From a virus (lineage: Duplodnaviria; Caudoviricetes): DNA of 40,731 nt. The stretch is taken from positions 1-40,731 of the IMG/VR virus record IMGVR_UViG_3300020045_008448. One strand, written 5' to 3'. The position numbers were made by a program, and so were the translations under genes. The notes under the pieces were generated by a model, which did not search any database, was not told the origin of the DNA, and saw only the letters and a program-made list of their open reading frames with translations. Positions 35,664 to 40,731 of the stretch are shown piece by piece. Position 1 is the first letter of the stretch; each line of letters starts with the position of its first letter.

Positions 35664-35746
35664 TGGAAATAATAATGCTTATAGTTTTAGTGCTTATTTA
35701 CTCTGAGCTTCTTGACATCAATAAAAATACAAAAAGAAAGCTATGA
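35660..35746 (+). CDS. Small membrane peptide, 28 aa (not in ORF track)
   Basis: MMEIIMLIVLVLIYSELLDINKNTKRKL; ATGA overlaps at both ends. Confidence 0.45.
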   Translation: MMEIIMLIVLVLIYSELLDINKNTKRKL

Positions 35747-36006
35747 ATAAGAAATCACGCAAATACCGCAAACTACATTTTATACGTAGAAAAAACCGTT
35801 TACGCTTGGGGGAGCTTTTGTCTGTTTGCTTCAAAGTGGTTGACTCTGTTGATATTGACCAACTGTCCTTGGATATAAATACGGCAATTGTAAACCAGGA
35901 AACACGCTTTAAGTTGACTCTGTGTATTGTAAAACAAGAGATTGGAATTGTGGATGAAGACTTTGCAAAGTCACTACTCACTGTATTACTCACACTAAAA
36001 CATTAA
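35743..36006 (+). CDS. Hypothetical protein
   Basis: 87 aa with a basic N-terminus. Confidence 0.6.
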   Translation: MNKKSRKYRKLHFIRRKNRLRLGELLSVCFKVVDSVDIDQLSLDINTAIVNQETRFKLTLCIVKQEIGIVDEDFAKSLLTVLLTLKH

Positions 36007-36008
36007 TC

Positions 36009-36086
36009 ATGAAACGACTGTTTAAATTCATTACTTGGCTTGGGGCCTTCTTAATAACCACAAATAGAATGTACCACAATGAATAA
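36009..36086 (+). CDS. Small peptide, 25 aa (not in ORF track)
   Basis: MKRLFKFITWLGAFLITTNRMYHNE fills the gap. Confidence 0.35.
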   Translation: MKRLFKFITWLGAFLITTNRMYHNE

Positions 36087-36372
36087 ATGTGTTATATTTG
36101 GTTGTCATAGAATACTAACTGCACACGAGCGACTTTGTGGCTTTGTTTGCACAGAGCACTCTGGCGAAGGTGAGACTGTGAATAAGCCTGTAGACGTGAT
36201 AACTCTGGAGCTCGATGTCCTAACTAGTCAACTTGAGGTTGATGTTCAAAAGCTACGCGATACCCCTACATCTGCCAGCTGTGTAATTAACAAGCAGCGA
36301 CAAGAGATGATATTAAGTCTCGAACGGTCGATTTTAAGGCTTAAAAAGCTACTTATAAGGCTTACTACTTAG
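36079..36372 (+). CDS. Hypothetical protein with N-terminal Cys/His cluster
   Basis: CVIFGC...CGFVCTEH, then a coiled coil. Confidence 0.6.
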   Translation: MNKCVIFGCHRILTAHERLCGFVCTEHSGEGETVNKPVDVITLELDVLTSQLEVDVQKLRDTPTSASCVINKQRQEMILSLERSILRLKKLLIRLTT

Positions 36373-36413
36373 CTAGTAGAAAATATCGCGAAAATGAGGC
36401 CTTAAAACGCGAT
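36326..36413 (+). repeat. Dispersed periodic element E4 (core 36356-36371)
   Basis: TTTAAGGC-N15-TAAGGCTTACTACTTA-N17-CGAAAATGAGGCCTTAAAACGCG. Confidence 0.8.
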
Positions 36414-36479
36414 TATGACTATAAATTTTTAAAACTGAAAACTATCTAATATATTCGACTTAAATAATGAAAAGAACCA

Positions 36480-38921
36480 ATGCACAAATATAATATAGCC
36501 ACTGGCAGGTCGAAGAGAGATACCAGGTGGCAAAATAAGCAAGTTACCTGGGAAGCATTCCTTGATAAGATACGTGACACGACTCGCACGTCGGAGACAA
36601 TTGGAGTTTACCTCAAAGCATCGTCCAAGATGCAAGATGATATTAAAGACGTTGGTGGTTTCGTGGGTGGGCACCTCAGTGGAGGCCGACGGACAGCTGC
36701 AGCCATAATGACTCGCTCGATGTTAACGCTTGACGCTGATGAGGCTACAATTGACTTCTGGGATAAGTTTGTCATGCAGTATGGCTGCACCGCAGCTTTG
36801 TACAGTACTCACAAGCACACAGAGGCTGCACCTAGGTACAGACTTGTCATACCTCTCTCACGTGAAGTATTTCCTGATGAGTATGTAGCCATTATGAGAA
36901 GAGTGGCTGGTGACATAGGAATTGATATGTTCGACCACACTTGCTACCAGCCTGAGCGTCTTATGTATTGGCCGTCTACGGCTAAGGACGCTATTTATTA
37001 CTTCAGGACACAGGACGGTGACTTGCTCAACCCTGACACGGTGCTTGAGACCTACCACGATTGGCATGACGTCTCAGAGTGGCCTATTGGCATAAGAGAA
37101 AATAAGATTGTACTCAAAGAGGCTAAGAAGCAGGGAGAACCTACTGAGAAGCCTGGACTAATAGGAGCCTTTAACAGGGCTTATAGCATCACAGAGGTTA
37201 TTGAGAAGTACTTGTCAGATGTTTATGAAGAGGCTGGTGACGGGCGTTACAGCTATATAGAGGGTAGCACGTCCGCAGGCGTGATTGTATATGACGACAA
37301 GTACTCGTTCTCACATCACTCCACAGACCCTACCTCTGGTCAGCTATGTAACGCTTTTGACCTGGTACGACTGCATAAATATGGATTGCTCGATACAGGA
37401 GATGACATACCAATAAATAAGAGGACCAGCTATCTGTCAATGTGTGACTTCGTTAGCGGTGATAAAGTGGTGGTGCAACAAATGGGTGAAGCGAAGCTCA
37501 AGTCCGCACAAGAAGCATTTGACGACATACCTTTAGGCATGGGGGGTGCTGAAGGCGAAGGCGAAGGCGAAGGTGCTGGGGTGGGAGTGGCTACTGACAC
37601 TGCTTGGCTCGCAGATATGGACGTTGACCGGAAAGGTAACTATCTAGGGACTATTCATAATATAGCAATGATACTGGAGCACGATGTTGCCTTTAAGGAC
37701 AACCTTGCCTTTGACGAGTTTAAGCAACAAGGCATCTTTAGGCGGGACTTGCCTTGGAGGCGGCTTAAGGGGGTGACGAGTATCACTGATAAGGACCTAG
37801 CCAATATTGAGAATTATATTGAGAAGGTATATAAGCTTGCTACTGGTACGAAGCTGGCTAAAGGTTTGCTGGTTGTGCTCCAAAAGCATTCATTCCATCC
37901 TATTGTCTCGTACCTTAAGAGTCTGAAGTGGGACGGCACAGAGAGAGTAGAGCGATTGCTTATTGACTATCTAGGTGCTAAAGATTGTGAATATACTAAG
38001 ACGGTGACTCGTAAGTCGCTTGCAGCATGTGTAGCCCGCGTAATGCAACCAGGCACTAAGTTTGATTATGTATTAACGCTTGTTGGTGATGAAGGTCAAG
38101 GTAAGTCAGCTCTTTGGGATAAGCTCGGTGGTGCCTGGTTCTCTGATACCTTTAATATGCACATGTTGGCTAGCAAAGAGGCCTATGAACAAATACAAGG
38201 CGTTTGGATAATAGAGATTGGCGAATTAGCAGGTATGGCTAAAGCTGAAGTTGAACGAGTGAAAGGGTTTATATCTGCCAGGATGGATAACTACCGGTCG
38301 CCTTACGGTCATACTACTGAACAGCGCTTGCGGCAATGCGTGTTCTTTGCTTCTACCAACACTTCTGACTTTTTGAAAAGCCAAACAGGTAACAGACGGT
38401 TTTGGCCTGTTGCCACGTTCGAGGCTGAGCCGTTAGCCGACGTGCACGGAATGGGGAAGGAAACAATTGACCAGATATGGGCGGAGGCATTTGAGCTGTA
38501 TGCCAATGATGAGCCACTGTATTTAGACAAGGAGTTGACTGTGGAAGCGAAGGAAATACAAGAAGCCTATACCCAGGAAAACCCTTTGGTAAAACCGCTT
38601 GAAGACTTTTTGAATATGCGAATACCTAAAAACTGGTATACGATGAGTTTATGGGATAAACAAGATTTCATAGATAACTATGGCACACAAGATTTATTAG
38701 AACTAGTTGAACGTGACAGAGTATGCAAATATGAAATATGGGATATTATCTTTAAGGGTAGAGGTTTAATAACTCTTGTAGCATGGCAGCAAATTAAACA
38801 GGCTATGGATAAAATACCTGGTTGGACAAAAAGTAAAAGTATTCAACGCTTTGGCAATTACCCTCAACATGTTGGTGGTTACTTTAAAAATAAACCTATT
38901 AAACCAAATAATTTAAACTAG
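36480..38921 (+). CDS. Primase-helicase (N-terminal prim-pol-like domain plus VirE/VapE helicase)
   Basis: LTLDAD, YSTHKH and PRYRLVIPL; Walker A GDEGQGKS, IIEIGEL and STN...GNRRF. Confidence 0.92.
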   Translation: MHKYNIATGRSKRDTRWQNKQVTWEAFLDKIRDTTRTSETIGVYLKASSKMQDDIKDVGGFVGGHLSGGRRTAAAIMTRSMLTLDADEATIDFWDKFVMQYGCTAALYSTHKHTEAAPRYRLVIPLSREVFPDEYVAIMRRVAGDIGIDMFDHTCYQPERLMYWPSTAKDAIYYFRTQDGDLLNPDTVLETYHDWHDVSEWPIGIRENKIVLKEAKKQGEPTEKPGLIGAFNRAYSITEVIEKYLSDVYEEAGDGRYSYIEGSTSAGVIVYDDKYSFSHHSTDPTSGQLCNAFDLVRLHKYGLLDTGDDIPINKRTSYLSMCDFVSGDKVVVQQMGEAKLKSAQEAFDDIPLGMGGAEGEGEGEGAGVGVATDTAWLADMDVDRKGNYLGTIHNIAMILEHDVAFKDNLAFDEFKQQGIFRRDLPWRRLKGVTSITDKDLANIENYIEKVYKLATGTKLAKGLLVVLQKHSFHPIVSYLKSLKWDGTERVERLLIDYLGAKDCEYTKTVTRKSLAACVARVMQPGTKFDYVLTLVGDEGQGKSALWDKLGGAWFSDTFNMHMLASKEAYEQIQGVWIIEIGELAGMAKAEVERVKGFISARMDNYRSPYGHTTEQRLRQCVFFASTNTSDFLKSQTGNRRFWPVATFEAEPLADVHGMGKETIDQIWAEAFELYANDEPLYLDKELTVEAKEIQEAYTQENPLVKPLEDFLNMRIPKNWYTMSLWDKQDFIDNYGTQDLLELVERDRVCKYEIWDIIFKGRGLITLVAWQQIKQAMDKIPGWTKSKSIQRFGNYPQHVGGYFKNKPIKPNNLN

Positions 38922-38924
38922 TGG

Positions 38925-39225
38925 TGCATAAGTTTTACATATTAGTAGTTGTATTTCTGGTTATGCAGACTAAAAATGCTATGCAAACCAGAAATCAAGG
39001 CTGCATAGGCTGCATAACCCGTCTGCATAACTTTTCATTGTGTGAAAACACAAAAGTTATGCACTTGAAAACTAGTCTGTATTGCTTTTCATCTATTTTG
39101 CATAAGTTGCATAGGTTTTTTAATAGTAAAAGAAATAAATTGAAATTAGACTGTTTATTCTTAAAAAATAGTCTAATAGAATATACTTTATATAAAAAGC
39201 CTAAAAAGTTATGCGAACCTATGCA
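38925..39225. repeat. TGCATA iteron cluster; candidate replication origin
   Basis: 10 exact TGCATA/TATGCA copies in about 300 bp around an AT-rich spacer, directly after the primase-helicase gene. Confidence 0.65.
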
Positions 39226-39266
39226 ACGTGCGCGGTTTTATTATTTCACTCTAAAATCAAAAAATC

Positions 39267-39548
39267 ATGCTTGAGAAGCAAATTGAAAAGTATTTAAAAG
39301 ACCAAGTTGACAAAAGAGGAGGCTTGGCATTGAAGTTCGTAACACCAGGCACAAGCGGTGTAATGGATAGATTAATAATGTTGCCAGGAGCAATAATTGT
39401 GTTTGTAGAGACTAAGGCTCCTGGTAAACCACTTAAACCGTTGCAAGCAGCAATGAAACGTAAATTTGAAGCGTTAGGCTTCAGGTGTGAAAAGATAGAC
39501 TCAAAAGAACAAGCAAAACAATTGATAAATGAAATATACCCCGCGTAA
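39267..39548 (+). CDS. VRR-NUC domain nuclease
   Basis: EKQIE, KFVTPG, GVMDRL and FVETKAPG motifs. Confidence 0.9.
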   Translation: MLEKQIEKYLKDQVDKRGGLALKFVTPGTSGVMDRLIMLPGAIIVFVETKAPGKPLKPLQAAMKRKFEALGFRCEKIDSKEQAKQLINEIYPA

Positions 39549-40614
39549 ATATCAAGAGCATACGACTCAGCAAATAATTGAACTGCCTGAGGTAGGGCCA
39601 TTCCTAGACATGGGCCTTGGTAAGACAGTAGCAACACTATTTGCTATTAAGAAACTATTTGAAGAGAAACAAATCAAGAGGGTGTTAGTAGTAGCGCCAA
39701 AGAAAGTAGCTGAGACAGTGTGGACAGACGAAATTGCGAAGTGGGATGGTTTAGGCCACCTAAGAGTAAGCAAGATACTTGGTTTAGAAAAAGATAGACG
39801 AAAAGCTTTGGCTACACCAGCAGACATCTATATAATCAATCGTGAGAATGTAGTTTGGCTAGTAGCCTTGTTAGGCAGTAACTGGAATTTCGATATGATG
39901 GTAATAGATGAGCTGTCAAGTTTTAAGTCTCATAAGTCTCAGAGGTTTAAAGCTTTGAGACTTGTTAGGAAATATATCAAGCGTGTAGTAGGATTAACGG
40001 GTACACCAGCACCTAATGGAATGCTAGACCTATGGGCACAATTGTTTTTAATTGACAGAGGTCAAAGATTAGGTGACAACTTTGTAAAGTATAGGGATAA
40101 CTACTTTGAGCCTGGTAAAAGAGATGGTCATGTGGTATTCAACTACACTTTGAAAAAAGGAGACATGTTATTAGGGGATGACTTTTATGTAAAGGAATTA
40201 CATAACAAGATAGGTGATATTTGTTTTTCAATGAAGACAGAAGATTATGTGGACTTACCAGAGAGATTGGATATTATTAGATATGTGGAATTGCCAAAAG
40301 CAGTATTGCAGAAGTATCGCGATTTTGAGAGAGAACAAGTATTGGAACTAATCGACAAAGAAATTACAGCAATCAACGCCGCAGCACTATCAAATAAGCT
40401 TTTACAATTTGCCAATGGTGCAATGTATGATGAAACTAAAAAATGGCACTTGCTACATGATGAAAAGATTGATGTTGCAAAAGAAATAGTGGAAGACCTA
40501 GACGGCAAACCAGTGTTAATCTTTTATAGCTATATATCTGACAAGGAAAGGTTGAAACAAGCATTTCCAAAAGCCAGAGAATTAAAAACACCACAAGATA
40601 TTAAAGATTGGAAT
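39529..40614 (+). CDS. SNF2-family helicase, N-terminal part (open at the window end, so absent from the ORF track)
   Basis: MKYTPRKYQ, FLDMGLGKT, VIDELS and GLTGTP; joins 124-414 to give about 458 aa. Confidence 0.9.
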
Positions 40615-40731
40615 GTAACCTACTGGGGTATGGACCAGATCAAAAAAGTATGGTGCAAACAAACCACTTATGGGGGTAAGCTTGTGGAGAATATTGTTCA
40701 GGCAATTGCCCGTGACCTACTTGCCTATAAC
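40611..40731 (+). other. Exact 121-bp duplicate of 34866-34986 (inside polA); probable assembly chimera
   Basis: Identical sequence joined through GAATG microhomology. Confidence 0.85.

Noticed and set aside
38921-39274. 117-aa ORF
   Set aside because: It runs through the TGCATA repeats, has a GTG start and atypical composition, and is likely non-coding.
168-40508. Numerous minus-strand and alternate-frame ORFs in the track
   Set aside because: They are shadows of well-supported plus-strand genes and lack start context or motifs.
40611-40731. In-frame SNF2-PolA fusion, or a DGR-like template/variable repeat pair with 34866-34986
   Set aside because: The copy is exact with no adenine-specific changes, sits at the contig end, joins by 5-bp microhomology, and no reverse transcriptase is present. 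It is best explained as an assembly artefact.
1-40731. Alternative genetic code or stop-codon reassignment
   Set aside because: Core genes are full length under the standard code, and TAA, TAG and TGA all end genes.

Overview
This window is an essentially complete, circularly permuted genome of about 40.5 kb from a tailed dsDNA phage with an HK97-type head and a probable non-contractile tail. The host is most likely Bacteroidota: TAnnTTTG-type promoters, A-rich starts without Shine-Dalgarno, and signal peptides cleaving before Gln. Gene order is terS-terL, an AT-rich island of small genes, portal-protease-capsid, neck/tail/tape measure/fibre, lysis, early genes, nucleotide metabolism, then DUF2800 nuclease, SSB, PolA, primase-helicase, VRR-NUC and SNF2. 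The SNF2 gene wraps across the contig ends, and both ends carry short chimeric assembly artefacts. I saw no integrase, CI-like repressor, CRISPR array or reverse transcriptase. The most notable signals are: (1) a thymidylate-synthase homologue with Asp at the dUMP-specificity Asn, between a MazG-like gene and a dCMP deaminase, suggesting dCMP methylation; (2) four dispersed ~90-bp elements with a TAAG-N8-CTTA core and phased arms, resembling gyrase sites; (3) an unannotated ribbon-helix-helix gene with a GTAAAA-box operator set; (4) head- and tail-module proteins carrying Sec signal peptides; (5) two tRNA-like elements and strong GATC avoidance. All family calls come from reading motifs by eye, not from database searches.
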